DNA from: Chiloscyllium plagiosum
Lineage: Eukaryota
NCBI RefSeq assembly: GCF_004010195.1
Contig: NC_057720.1
Span: 4,325,800-4,389,799 of the forward strand
Length of the DNA stretch: 64,000 bases
Direction: 5' to 3'
A program made the position numbers and the translations under genes. This document shows positions 23,701 to 38,700 of this stretch, in pieces (positions within the stretch are counted from its first letter, which is position 1; every line of letters begins with the position of its first letter). The notes under the pieces were generated by a model. That model saw only the letters and a list, made by a program, of their open reading frames with translations, made no database searches and had not been told where the DNA came from.

Positions 23701-26700
23701 TTGCCTCCTTTTCTATTTGAATCCCATTTTCTTTTTTATACAAAGGAACAGAACAAGGCTATTCACCTCCTTGAGCGTATTCAGTCATTAAATTAGACAA
23801 TAGTTGACCTAAACTCTGTTTTCACCTCCAATCTGTATCCCTGACTAAAGAAAAAAATCCCTCAGCCTCAGCCTTGAGGCTCCAATCTCCAGTGGGCCCA
23901 ATGTATACTGACATTTGGGGAGATAATTTATATTTCGACAAGCAATTACAATTCCCTCTATTACCTCTTCAGCTCCCAACTCCATTTCCCTCCAATAAGA
24001 GGATTCTTAAAGTTAACCTTTCTGAGTCCACTTTCAGTTATCTGTCCTCATGATTCCTTTTGGCGTTTTTGGCATCCTTGAGTGAAATACCTTTTGTTCT
24101 TTCATGGGATGTGGGCATCACCAGTAAGGCTATTATTGATGCCCATCCCTAATTACCCTTTAAGTGAATGGCTTGCTGTGACTATTACCAATTGGATTGA
24201 GTTTGGAATCACATGAAGGCCAGACCAGGTAAGGATGGCAAATTTCCCTCCCTAAAGAGCATTGGTGAATCAGATAGGTTTTTAAAGACAATCAAAGATG
24301 GTTCCATATTCCATATTTATGAACTGAATGCTAATTAGTAACATGGTGAATGGTGTGCAAACTGCACAATAGAAAAGGGTCAGGCCATACAATGCTAAAT
24401 AACAGTGATGACCCACCTGCTTCAACAATCTAAATTATGATAAAAGGTTGCAATAAATTAATCTGTGTTCTCTTAAACTCTTGGGTTTGAGGGATGAGTT
24501 GGTTAAATGATGAAGGGATACGATAATTTGTGACTTAGTGGATAAACTGAGAACAATGGCAATAAGATTAACATAAAGTCAAAGCCATTTCGGAGTGAAG
24601 TCAGGAAGCATTTATATTTCAAACTAAGGCTACAATTGGAGTGAGAACATGGAAAACACAATTTTAAAATAATTAAAATGACTTTTTATTATGACTTTGC
24701 ATTGTTTATCCCTGTTTTGTGTTTCAGATAAATATTTATGCCTCCTAGTGGTTTCTACTTTTATGTTCTTCCATAATCCAGAAAAGTATGAAATTTAGAA
24801 ATATCTTGTACCCAAGCGTTGCAGATTGGAGCAGTTACCGTGGATTATATGACAGTTGTTCAAAAATAAGAAATACAATGAGAACACCGTACACATTGGG
24901 CAATGCGAACATGTATTGTTTAATGGCTAATGCTTGCTTTCTTATGCCTCAGGTGCAAGCCATCATGATACAGTTATTCATGAATCAAAAGAATCATCCT
25001 GAGATACGAATGTCTGCTTGTGCAATATTCCTGTGCACCAAGCCACCTTTGAACTCCTTGTTAGTGCTGACTGATTCACTGCTAAAGGAAACCAATTTGC
25101 AAGTGGCGAGCTTTGCTTATTCACAGTTCAGATATCTGGCAAGGACTTCACTCCCTTCTCTCAGGTCTCTGTAAGTGCACAGACCTGGGCTGGAATTTTA
25201 AGTCATTCAGAGTTTACTGAATATGATATTTTTATGGTTGTAATGTATCTTCTATTCACTTTAACAGTGCAGCTGGGTGCAATATAGCTGCAAAACTCCT
25301 AAGCCCCAAATTTGACCGACTTGGCCTACGATTCAGCCGGATGCTGCACCCGGACAAATTCTGCTGTAAGTTTTTTGCCAGAAAGGTTTATCTCCCACTG
25401 AAGCAGATGCAGAATGAATTGACATAGGGTTTTGACAAGGAAGCATAGAAACTAGAAACAGGAGTAGGCCATTCGACCCCTCAAGCCTGCTGTGCCATTT
25501 ATTATAGTCATGGTTGATCATTGAGTTCAATACCCTAATTCCACCCTCTTCCATTAAAGAGGCCATTCAGCCTATTGTATCCATCTAACCCAGTTTACCA
25601 GCACTTGGCCTGCAGGCTTATCTGCTCTGAAACTTCAATTGCACATCTAAAGAGTTCTTGATCATCTGGAGGGTCCCTACCTCTGCCACCCTTTTAGACA
25701 GTGAGTTCCTGATATGCACAACCCTCTGGGTGAAAAGATATTTCCTCAAATCCACTCTAAAACTTCCTCTCCTTACCTTAAAACTTTGTCCCCTGGGTAT
25801 CGACCTCTCTGTGAAGGGGTGATGTTTCTCTGCCCTGTCTTTGCCCCTCAGAATGTTGTACACCTCAATCAGATCTGCCAGCCCCCCACCTTAGCCTTCC
25901 ACACCCAGAGGAAAACAACCAAGCCTGTCCGTCTCTCTTCACAGCTGGATGGCTCCATTCCAGACAATGTCCCAGTGACTCTCCAGCCAACCATATTGTA
26001 TCCAGCTATGAGGTCCCCAGGTCCGGAGTTGTCTCCATAACCTTCTCTCGCCTCCTTAACACTTCCTACCTTGGTCCATTTTTTTGATCATTGGCCCTGA
26101 CATCTCTTTGCATGGCTCAAGGCTACATTTCTTTTGGTTATAACATCATAGGCCATAAGATATAAAAACAGAATTAGGCCTTTCGGCCCATCAGATCTGT
26201 TCTGCCATTCAATCATGGCTGTAATGTTTCTTAATTCTATTCTCCAGCATTCTCCCTGCAACCCTTGATCTCCTTACTAATCAGGAACCTAGCTATCTGT
26301 TTCTAATGACCTAGCGTCCACAGCCCTTTGAGTTCCACAGATTCCCCACCCTCTGCTGAAGAAATTCCTCCTCATCTCAGTTCTAAAAGGTCGTCCCTTC
26401 ACTCTGAGGCTGTGCCCTCAGGTGCTCCACATCCACTCTTACATCGCATTTGCCTTCCTAACTGCTATCTAAACCTGTATGTTAACCTTAAGTGAATTCT
26501 GAGCTAAGACTGTCGACTCCTTTTGTGCTTCACACTTCTGAAGTCTTTCCTCAGTTAGAAAATAATCAATACCTCTATTCTTCCAAAGTGCATAAACTCA
26601 CACTTCCGCAAATTGTATTCCATCTGCCACTTCTTTGCCTACTCTCCTACCCTGGTCAAGTCTTTCTGCAGTCTGCCTGCTTCCCCAACACTGCCTGTCC

Positions 26701-29700
26701 CTCCACCTATCTTTATGTCATGTGCAAACTTGGCATCAATGCCCTCAGCTCCTTCATCTAGATCGTTAATATAACATGAACAGTTGTGGTCCCAAAACTG
26801 ACCCCTGTGGAACACCATTAGACACCAGTTGCCATCTCGAAAAAGACCCTTTCATCCCCGCTCTTTGCTTCCTGCCAGTCAGCCAATCCTCTATTCATGC
26901 CAATATCCTTGCCATTAACACCACGGCTCTTATCTTATTTAGCAGCCTCATGCACGGCACCTTGTCAAAGGCCTTCTGCAAATCCAAATGGATTATGTCC
27001 ACTGGCTCTCCTTTGTCTAACTTAATCATTACCTCCTCAAAAAACTCTAACAGATTTATCAGGCATGACCTCCCCTTGTCTCTGCCCTATTTTACCTCAC
27101 ACATCCAAGTACTCTGCAATCTCATCCTGAAAGATGGACTCTGAAACCTTCCTGTCTTCTGCCTCCCACCTTTCTTAAACAGGGGTGTTACCTTAACCAG
27201 TCTCCAATCCCTGATTCCAGTGATTCCTGAAAAATCATCACCAGTGCTCTTACAATCACCTCAGCTATTTCCTTCAGATTCTGGGGTGTAGTCCATTTGG
27301 AGCAGGTAATTTATCCACCTTCAGACCTTTCAGCTTACCCTGTGCCTTCTCTTTAATGATGGCCACTACACTCCCCTTTGTCCCTGACTGTCTTGAAGTT
27401 CTAGTGTGTTGCTGGTGTCTTCCCCTGTGAAAACTGATGCAAAGTACCAAATGAGTTGCCTCAGTTCTAGCAGTCCAATGCCCATTCTTGCCTCTGTCTT
27501 ACCTTTATTTTAAAAAACAGGTCTTGCAATCTTCCTTTACACTACTGGAAGGATTACTCTCATATTTCATCTTCTCCCCCTAATTGGATTTTTAGTTGTC
27601 CTCTGCAGGTTTTTAAAGCGCTGCCAATCCTTTGACTTCCCATTAATCTTTACCATATTGTCTGCTTTTTCTTTTTCCTCCCTTATTATGTTTCTTCTTC
27701 CTTGGGATGAGTTTCTGCCTGGCCTCCTGAACTACTCCCAGAAACTCCTGCCATTGCTGCTCTACCATCTTCCCTACTCGGCTCCCCTTCCAATCAACTC
27801 TGGCCAGCTCCTCCCTCACGTCTCCCTCATAGTTACCTACACGCAACTGTAATACTGATACATTTGATTCCAGCTTCTCCCTCTCAAACTGCAGGGTTAA
27901 TTCTGTCATACTTTGATCACTCTCCCCTCGGGCTTCCTTCACCTTAAGCTTCCNNNNNNNNNNNNNNNNNNNNNNNNNNNNNNNNNNNNNNNNNNNNNNN
28001 NNNNNNNNNNNNNNNNNNNNNNNNNNNNNNNNNNNNNNNNNNNNNNNNNNNNNNNNNNNNNNNNNNNNNNNNNNNNNNNNNNNNNNGGAGCTGATAGGTG
28101 GGAAGGAAGATTGACAGGTAAAGCAGGTCAAGAGGACAGTGCCGAGTTGGAAGGAAACAAGCTGCTTCAAAAAGACCATCTCATAGAAAATCTGTGGGTT
28201 CCTTTTCTTGAGGTCAGCGACTAATCTGATTTTCCCAGTCCGCCTGCATATCGAAGACCCACATGGTTATTGTAATAGTGCCTTCCTTACAGGCCTTTTC
28301 TATCTCCTGGTTTATTTTCTGCCCCACATCCTGACCACTGTTAGGAGGCCTGTACATAACTCCCAACGGGGTGTTTTTTCCCTTTGTGGTTCCTCAACTC
28401 TACCATACACATTTTACACCTTCCAACTCTGTTTCGCTTCTTGCTATTGATTTAATTTTGTTTTTTACTAATGAGGCAACCCCTCCCCTCTGCCCATTGG
28501 CTTGTCCTTTTGACAGGCTGCGTATCCTTAGATATTTAGTTCCCAGCTATGATCTTTGCAGCCACGTCTCTGTGATACCACAACATGATTGACCTTGTTT
28601 GGAAACTGTGTATATTTAATTTCAACACCCTCAGCTCTTGACTGATCCCCTTCTCATAATCGTCCCCTTATCTGCTGTGCTTGAAGTTAGATTCCCCTTT
28701 CCATACCCTCTGACCTATTACTTGTTCTGGAAAATTTAAAAATCCTCTGCTGAGCTGTCCTGCACTTTATTTTTTCCATACTTTTCTATAAGACTGGCCC
28801 CTACTATTTAGTTTCAACCTCCTGTGAAGCATTTTGGAGTGACATTCCCCCTGCAATGTGGAGTGTGTGGGTAATTTCTTTAAGAGCACTGATATACAAA
28901 ATTGTGTGGTGTGGCCACACCTGTGCAATGATTTCAAGGGACTAACGTGGGTGCGAGATTAAGGTGTGGCACAAAAGGAAAGTTACTCCATTAAAGGTGC
29001 TAGAAAAATGTAAGATGTTATGCTTTGTTTTTCTCAATGAGATATTTGAGCGACTGGGTGATTTGCTGTCTGTTTCTGATGCAGATAAGCTGATGTCAGG
29101 AGTATCTGCTAAAGCCATTCTACTGAATAATGCTGGGACTCCCATCCCAACAGTAGCAGCAGCCAAAATCACAGGTCATACATTGGGATTTTCCGCTAAT
29201 CTGGCAGAGGTAACGTACCTCCAGCTGTGAAACTCCAGTTGATATGAAAGTTTGTCTTCTCTGCAAATTCATCTTGTGTATGTGCGGATTGTTCCAATGC
29301 TTTCCTTGTCTGCTTTACACAAGGTCAGCTTTCGAATGGAAGGCCTTCAAGAGGTCATCATGAAAACCCTTGCACCAGTCAGAGGAGCTCCCGATCTCAA
29401 GCAAATTCAACGTATCTTAAATAAGGTAACATCAAGTTAACACCAGCAGTAATATCATCACAGAGAAATCAGCAGGGTCACACAGTAACAATGGAGAAAA
29501 AGAGCAAGGTTACAGATGGATGACTCTGTCAATCATTTATTAGCAATTGCAGACTCAGATATTAAAACAAAGAACAAAATTGTTGGTATGTTATAGGATT
29601 GTCTTCAGTTTCCTCTCCAAAGATCTGATCCAAAATGCCACCATAGATACAGGAGGAGACAATCCCAAATCCATTCCAGACAGAGCAGAGATTGAACCCC

Positions 29701-32700
29701 ATGCTATCAGCACTAATCTGATTCCCATTGGCTACCCAGCAGACTAAGCTGACCCACTACCTCCCCAGAGAAATCTGTGTAACTGCAACAACATCCAACT
29801 CTGCACTGATATAGCAGCCTGCAGCTATGGACAGTGATGATAGAGGTTCCAATGTTCATTTTCTCACATTTCTGACCCAGGAACCTCTCCCAAACCTACT
29901 TCCTGCCTTTGGTGTGATTTGGAAGGTTTGTTCCTCACCCTGTTTAGCCATGCTATAAACATACCTTCCTTGGCCATCAAGTCCTGGAGTAAGGAACACA
30001 CTGAGAGTGAGACCCCATCCAAGTGAAACAGGGGCTATGAGTAGATTAGATTAGATTACTTACAGTGTGGAAACCACACCGACCCGCCGAAGCGTATACC
30101 ACCCAGACCCATACTCCTACGTTTACCCCTTCACTTTCACCTTCCCAGTATTTCTGGGAATTCGGTTCAAACTGAGAATTAGGGCAAAGGGAAGAAAGAA
30201 ATACTTTGAATCTGGTTTTCTGCAAGAAGTAAAGATTTTAGAGCTTACAGTGAGTTGGAGAGGATAAACGACAAGGATCACTAGGGCCACCTTGTAGTGA
30301 GTGTCCTCATGAACAACAATGTGATACCAATGCAGCTGATTGGTGATAGGATTGGTGAATAGTTTTGGTAAGAGGTGACAAGTTTAAGGGGGATATACAT
30401 GGAAAGTACTTTACACAGAGGGTGATAGGTGCCTGGAAAACGTTGCCAGCAGAGGTAGTAGAGGCAGGCACGATAGATTCATTAAGATGCATCTGGACAG
30501 ATGCATGAGTAGGTGGAGAGCAGAGGGATACAGATAGTTAGGAATTGGGTGATATGTTAAGACAGCGGATTTGGATTGATGCAAGCTTGGAGGGTCAAAG
30601 GACCTATTCTTGAGCTGTAGATTTTCTTTATTCTTTGTTCTAAAATAAAAATTAGGTCTTTAGTTTGTATTTAGGCGTCTAGTAGGGTTTTTTTTCTCTT
30701 TTTCTGAAGTTTATTAAGTATGAGATTGACGCTGGTGTGAAAAAAAATTCCAATAAAGCAAACGAGAATGGAATTCTTCAAGTGTAAGGATTAGGCATAG
30801 GAGAATAATTAATTAATTAATAGCAGACAGTGGTGATGGTAGGATCAGTGCTGTGTTACTGCTGCAGTATGTGGGAGCTGCTGGACAACATGGTGTTGCA
30901 GACAAACCTTAACAATACTAAGTGATTGTAGTTCAGGGAATGTCTGATTCAAATTGGGGAGCTGAAGGCTGAACTCAGACGATGCATTAGGCAGGGAAGT
31001 GTTATCTAGAGTCTTGACCCGAGGAGGCAGACACCACCCCCCCCCCACCCCCCCAGACTAGGTCATTCAAATTTGGTGTGTGATTGGGGACAGGACGGTG
31101 TGTCTGCAGGTGAGGAAGCTGTAGAGACCCAGCAGTCTCATTCAGTCTTGGCCCTTGTGATTGTCCAACAATTATGAGGTTCTTGAAAGCTGTGCAGGCA
31201 ACAATGGGACTGTGGTAAGGATAAACAAATTGACCATGGCATCATCGTGCAGGAGCCGTTCAAGGGAGGTGTGGAAATAGGAATGTAGTGGTGGTAGGAA
31301 AACATATAATTGGGGGATAGAAACTGGGCTCTGTCATGAGTGTGAGTCCCAAAGGTTGTGTTACCTGGATGGTGCCAGAGTTAAAGACATTATTTCTGGG
31401 CTGGAGAAGACCTTGCAGAGGGAAGGGAAGGATCCAGTTGTCATCATCCACATTGTTACTAATGACATTGATAGGATCGGAAAGGGAGTACCACTGAGAG
31501 AACCTGACCAGTTAGAAACCGTTAAATTAAAAAGCAGAACCTCTAAGGTAATAATCTCAGATAATATTATGTGGTTCAAAGATTGGTGTGTAAGTCTTCA
31601 CAATAGAAGTATTCTAAAAGCAATAAATGATTAAAAGGCAGAGGGGGACTGGTGAAAAAATACAGGACAAATCATTGGAGAAACATGAACCTAGGAAAAT
31701 AATTAACTAACTAACTGGGAAAAGCCAATACGTCTCCTGGACCTGATGGAATGTATCCTCAGATTGTACAGGAAGTAGCTACAGAGACAATGGATGGACT
31801 GGTACAAAACTTGTAAGAACGCTTAAATTCTGGAAAAAGACCCAGAGGACTGAAAAGTTGTCGATAAAGCACTGTTATTCAGAAATGGAGTTGACAAAAA
31901 GAAAAAATAACCTTAAGTCAATGAGCTTAACATCTGTCATTTAGAAAATGTTAGAGTCTTTTTGAAAGGATGTGATAGCAGTAGAAACAAGCACAGCCAG
32001 CATCCTCAAGGCAACCATGTCCAGCAAATCAACAAGAATTCTTTGCAGAGGTAAAGATAAATACTTTGGATTTTCAGAAAGTATTGTTTCTGAAAGGCCA
32101 GACCAAATCCCCTTCAAATATCCCAAAAACATAGCCTAGACACTAACATTTTTTTCATTTAGAGGCAAGTGTAAGGTGCTGTGTTCCAGATGTAATTTAA
32201 TTGGCTATACTTCTCAGCTTTAAGTAAAACACACATTATTTTTACTCTACAGTTAAAATACAAACAAAAGAAGGAAGAATTGGTCTAACTTCAATTCTAT
32301 TGGAAAACTTAACAGAATGATAGATTAACTACTAAACAGCAACTCTTCGAATATAGTAATATCCCATAAATACACCCTTAGCAAAGGTAAAGTCAGTGAC
32401 ATACATTGTCTCACATATGTTTCTCCAGTCCAGGAATAAAGGATTTAAAGACAAAATTCTGGCAGAGAGAGAGAGAACTCAAGTGTTTTTATGTAACAGG
32501 GTGAGATATACAGCAGCTTCTGAACCCCAATAACTACTAAAAGCTAACTAAAACTCTGGTTCTATGGGAACCTGACTCCACCCGTTCATGCTGCTTCTAT
32601 TGTTCTAGCTTTTAGAAAAAAACAAAGCCTCACAAGCTGTTTACTTTATTGGCTTGAACAGACTGCTCATCACCCCTGTCTTAACCTCTCTTCATAAGAA

Positions 32701-35700
32701 AAAGACAAAATATGCTTCTTAAAGCCATAATTTCATCACAGGATGTTTGATAAGTATCACAGGTTGAGCTACTTAATAAGATAAGACTCAATAATACTGG
32801 AGGCAGTATGTTAGCATGGATAGAGAATTTGTATCTAACCATTAGGTGACTGGGAGTTGGGATAAAGGTGATAACCTGTGATCAGTGAAGTGTCACAGGA
32901 TCAGTGCTGGGTCCGTAATGATTTCCAATATAGAGTAATTATTTTGATGAGGAAAGTGAATGCACTATAACCAGGTTTGTGGATGATACTAATAGTTTGG
33001 AAGACAATGGTAAGACAACATTTTCAGAGGGTTACTGACATGTTAACTAAGTTGGCAAAAACCTGACAGATGGAATATAATATGAGAATATGCACTTTAG
33101 CAGGAAGAATAGAAGAGTTGAATATTATTTAAATGGGGAATAGCTGCAGAACATTACAGCACAGAGGGATTTGGGAGTCTTTGTTATAAATCACAAAAAT
33201 CTAACATCCGAAGTTAGTGAGAAAAAAGGAAGATAAATGGAAAATTAGACTTTATTTCAAAGAGAATGGAATATATAAGTAGGGAGATTTGCAAAGCTAT
33301 GCAAGGCATGAATCAGAATACAACTGGAATATTGTGAAAGTTTTGGGCCTTTTCTCTAAGGAAATATATACCGACATTGGAGTCAGTCCAGAGAACGTTT
33401 ACTGGGCTCGTCCTAGGAAAGAAGGGATTTTCTTAAGAAGAGAAATTGAATAGATTAGGTCTACATTTTCTGACGTTTGGAAGAATGAGTGGCAATCTTT
33501 ACTAAAAAATACATGATCCTTAGGAGTCTTGACAGGGTAAATGCAGACAGGTAGTTTTATCGTGTGGGAAAGTCTAGCATTAAACGGTATAATCTCAGAA
33601 TAAGAGATTGTACATTTAAAGAAAGAGATGAGAAGGAATTTCTTCTCTCTGGGGGGAGTGAACCTGTGGAATTCTTTACAACAGAGCGCTGTTGAGATTC
33701 AATCATTAAATATATTCAAGGCTGAGACACAGAAATGTTTAATCAGTAAGGGGAAATTGAGGGTTATGGGGAAAAGGCAGGAAATTGGAGTCGAGGATTA
33801 TCAACTCAGCCATGATCTTATTGAATGGTGGAGCAGACTCGATGGGCAGAATGGCCTATTTATGCTCCTAGATCTTATGGGACTTGAACTTGTTACGACA
33901 TGGGGTAAACCCTCCTGCTTGATTTAAACCAGCAACATAGAAAAGATTTATCACGTTCTGTAATCTGTGAAAATTTGAGAGGCCAAGAACTATTTAAAGT
34001 AAAAATTAATAACTTTATTGCTTAAAGTATAACAGAGAATAATTAACTAACAACTACTTACAACTCCTTCCTCTAACTTATCTTTTACTTTTCCCTCTAC
34101 TATACTAGTCCAATTTAAAATATCAATTAAAATTTACAAGACAAAACTTCTCAACTCAAAACCAGGAAGCTTTCAGTTCTTCCCCATATTCCTGTCTTCT
34201 TTTCTTCTTCTTGGGGATTCTGCTTCACAGGTATCAATAAAGATACCTTTAGAGAGCTACTTTTCAGGCAGTCTTTACATTAGATTAGATTCCCTATAGT
34301 GTGTAAATAGGCCCTTCGGCCCAACAAGTCCACACTGACCCTCTGAAGAGTAACCCACCCAGACCCATTTCCCTCTGCCTAATGCACCTAACACTATGGG
34401 CAATTTAGGATGGCCGATTCACCTGACCTGCACATCTTTGGATTGTGGGAGGAAACCAGAGCACCTGAAGGAAACCCACGCAGACACGGGGAGAATGTGT
34501 AAACTCCACACAGACAGTAGACCGAGGCTGGAATTGAACCCAGGTCTCTGGCGCTGTGAGACTGCAGTGCCAACCACTGAGCCACCATGCCACCCATGCT
34601 GGTGGCTTGGCAGTTCTCCTCCCAACTGTTCAATTTCCCTTGTCTTATACCGCCAAAGCATAGCATTGTGATGTTGGCTTTTAAGATTGTCAATACTCTA
34701 AATTCAAACTTGATGAGAATTTTTATTGGGGGGGTTGGGTATAATTTAAACTGATTAGCTTAATTCAAATCTGTTTTTGTCTCCAGGAACCAGCTACCCT
34801 AGCTTTTGACCAGTGTTACATTGTTACATTCAGAACACTTGGTGCTATCAGGTAGTTTGCTAGCTTTTAAGACTCTTAAAGTTACAGTACACCCACATCT
34901 TCATAACACCTCCCACCTTAAGAAAAAATTGAACCATCATAATGAAAAGATGGTTTAATTTTCTTTTTCTATTTTTAAACACATTACCCTATCATATGGA
35001 TAACTTTAATATAAGTTCACCTTTAACTTTTTCCCATATACCCACATATATATAATATATATAAACATTAAATAAATACAACTCTCATCTACACTTTATC
35101 AGTTAAATCTGCAATAATGCATCTGCGATTACATTGTTACAACCCACAACATGTATGATTTTTAAATTAAAAGTCTGTATGAAAAGTCCAATGAAATAGT
35201 CTCATAGTCTTACCTTCAAAACATTCTAAGAATGTAAGCAGATTGTGCTCGGTGTACACAACCGTCTCCGGTACACTGTTCGTGACATGCACATTAAAAT
35301 GTTGTAAGGCCAGTACCAAACTCAATAGATTAGATTACATTACAGTGTGGAAACAGGCCCTTCGGCCCAACAAGTCCACACTGACCCGCCGAAGCGCAAC
35401 CCACCCATACCCCTACATTTACCCCTTACCTAACACTACGGGCAATTTAGCATGGCCAATTCACCTGACCTGCACATCTTTGGACTGTGGGAGGAGAGGC
35501 GGGAATTGAACCCGGGTCTCCGGCGCTGTGAGGCAGCAGTGCTAACCACTGTGCCACCCAGTTCCTTTTCAGTTCTGGAGTAATACTTCTGGTGGATGTT
35601 GATCTTCATCAAAAAGTAACGAACTGGCAGTTCAACCCCATCCTGTAGGAGTACAGCACCAACTCCAATGTCACTAGCATCAATGGTGACTTTAAAATAT

Positions 35701-38700
35701 TTTGAAAAGTTTGGTGTAGCTAAAACTGGTTTGGTGGTTAATATCAATTTCAAATGGTCGATGCCTCCTGGCATTGCTCTGTCCACCGAAACTTTGTATT
35801 CTTCTTCAGCAAATCGGTTAATGGTGCCCCTACACTGATGAAGTTTAAGCAAACTTCCGATAGAATCCATTGAGTCCTAAGAATCGAAGCATCTCTTTCT
35901 TCGAGGTTGGTCATAGAAATTCCTGGGTGTCCTTCGTCTTTGCATTCTATAGGGTCAACTTTCCATGACCAATGTTATGTCCCAAGAACGTCATCTCTGC
36001 TTTTGCGAATTCCATTTTATGTAAGTTTATCACTAGTTTTCCTTCTCGTAGTCATTCAAAGAGCCCTGCCAACTGTACCATGTGATCTTTCCAGCACTTA
36101 TGAAAGATCACTACATCATCCAAATAGACAGCACAGTTTGTAAACCCAGCCACAACTCTGTTCATGAGTCTTTGGAATGTAGCAAGTGTGTTTTTCACTC
36201 CAAAGGGCATCACTTCAAACTGATATAGCGCATTTGGGGTTGCAAATGCAGAAATTTCTTTCATAGTCGATAAAGGTACCTGCCAGTAACCAAGCAATAA
36301 GTTCAACTTGGTGATGTAACTGGCTTGTCCGACTTTCTCAATACAATCTTCCAGTCTCAGAATTGGATATGAGTCCGATTTTGTAATGGTGTTGACCTTC
36401 CAATAATCCGTGCAGAATCATTGAGTCCTGTCCGGTTTGTGAACTAAGACAATCAGTGAACTCCACTCACTCTGACTTGGATCGATGGTGTCCTCGTCGA
36501 GCATGGCCTCCACCTCCATCTGGACCTGTCTGGCTTTGAAAGGATTGAGCCAATAGGGGTGTTGTTGTATTGGAGCAGTTTTCCCTACGTCTACTTTAGT
36601 CCTCCCCATCTGATTCTTACATATGTCCTTATACTGCAGTATCAAATACTTCAGCTGCGCTCTATGCCCTTGAGACAGATAGCTTACTAACCTATCCCAC
36701 TCCTCAATCTATTTTGAGACACATCAAAATCCACATCATCTGGATTTGATTCCTCACTCTGAGGGGCAGTAACTAACACCTGTTTCTCCAGTTTTTTCCC
36801 TCTGGTATGATGCAGTTTCAACATGTTCACATGACATACCCAATACCTTATTTTTCTATCTGGCATCTTTATAAAGTTCATCTGACTCAACTTTTTCTCA
36901 ATTTGAAAGGAACCATTAAACCTGGCTTTGAAGGGATCTCCTATCACTGGTAACAGTACTCACACGTCATCCCCTCGGGAAACCTCCGAGTCTCAGGGCT
37001 TTTATCTGCCATCTGCTTCATTCTATACTGTGTCTTCTTTAGATGCTGTTTAGCTAACTCACCTACTCAATTTAGTTGCTCCCTCACGTCCAATACATAA
37101 TCTAAGTGTGAAACCTCTGACTTTGGTCCTGTCAATTTTTCTTTAATTCATTTCAAAGGGCCTCTCACTTCATGCCCAAATATTAATTTGAAGGGAGTGA
37201 ACTGATTGCATTAGTTTGGGGCATCTCTAATGGCAAACAATATGAATGTATATATCATTCCAATCTTTATCCCAATCATTCGGGTAATCCTGACAGTATG
37301 CTCCCAAAATGGTCTTCAAGGTCTGATGCCACCTTTCTAAAGCTCTCTGGGATTCAGGATGATACACACTGGATTTAAAGTGCTGTATACCTAAGCTATC
37401 CATAACCTCCCTGAACAGCCTCCCAGTAAAATTGGATCCTTGGTCCAATTGAATCTCTCTGGGTAGCCCATACTGTGTGAAGAAAGGTGCTAACTCCTCT
37501 ATCATCTTTTTTGCTTTGATACTCCATAGTGGAATTATCTCTGGAAATCTGGTAGACACATTCATTACAGTTAACAGGTACTGGTTCCCACTTTTAGTTC
37601 TCGGGAGGGGACCCACACAATCAATTATAACCCACGTGAAAGGTTCTTCAAATGTGGGAATTGGCAACAAAGGGGCTGGTGTTTTTTACCGCCTGTGGCT
37701 TATCCACCATTTGGCATGTATGACACGTACGGCAAAAGTTAACCACATTCTTGTGCATTCCAGGCCAATAAAAATGTTTTTGTACCTTAGCCTGAGTCTT
37801 TCGTACCCCTAGGTGACCCTATACAGGTAGTCCATGTTCTACCCGTAACACTTCCAGTCTGTACGCTACCGGCAACACAATCTGGTGCACTTTGGCCCAT
37901 TTCTCCTCTGCATCAATCTGCCGTGGTCTCCATTTCCATCTTAAGATTCTATCTTTCAGATAATAACCCTCTGGAATATTCTCTGCCTCCTTTTCAGAGT
38001 ACACATCCACATATATATCTTTTATCATCTTGTCTTGCTGTTGCAAGTCCATTAGCCTTTCAGGACTAAACACTTCTGTCTGACCCTCTGCCTGTTCAGG
38101 TTCTTCCTGCACCATTACATCAAACAGAGTGTCCGCTAACTGAACCTCAACTCCTCATCTTTCTCTTTACTTTTCGCGTCGTGCTGTGACTTATGAAAGA
38201 GGGATCTGGTTACTACACAGTCTGAGAAAATACCAGGATATTTCTATTTTAACTCCTCAGTTTCTTGGTCTTAAGTAACAACAACAAGGGGTGTCACTCC
38301 CACCTTGGATCCTGCTAAATCATTCCCAAAAACAAACCAAATTCCTGGAACTGACACTCTGTCAATCAATCCCACTATAAACTTCCCCAGTATTGAGTTG
38401 GCATTCCATCCTGATCATAAAAAAAAGGGAACGCTAAATTTCTGTCCATCTATCCCACAAATTACCACATTCTCGGGTAACAGATGAGAAAGAGTGCATA
38501 TTCACTCATCTCTTACTATCAGCAACTGGTCAGCTCCTGTGTCTCAAAATTATAACTTCTTGTCCTTCTCCACCTGTTCTTTCTGGGTAAACTTTACCCA
38601 CAGAGGTGAATTCTTTGTAGAGATCAGGTACTAACTCCATAACCGGCCCCTGCCTAGGCTGGGCACTCTCCTGCAGCTCCTCAGCTCTTCTTGGGGTCTC

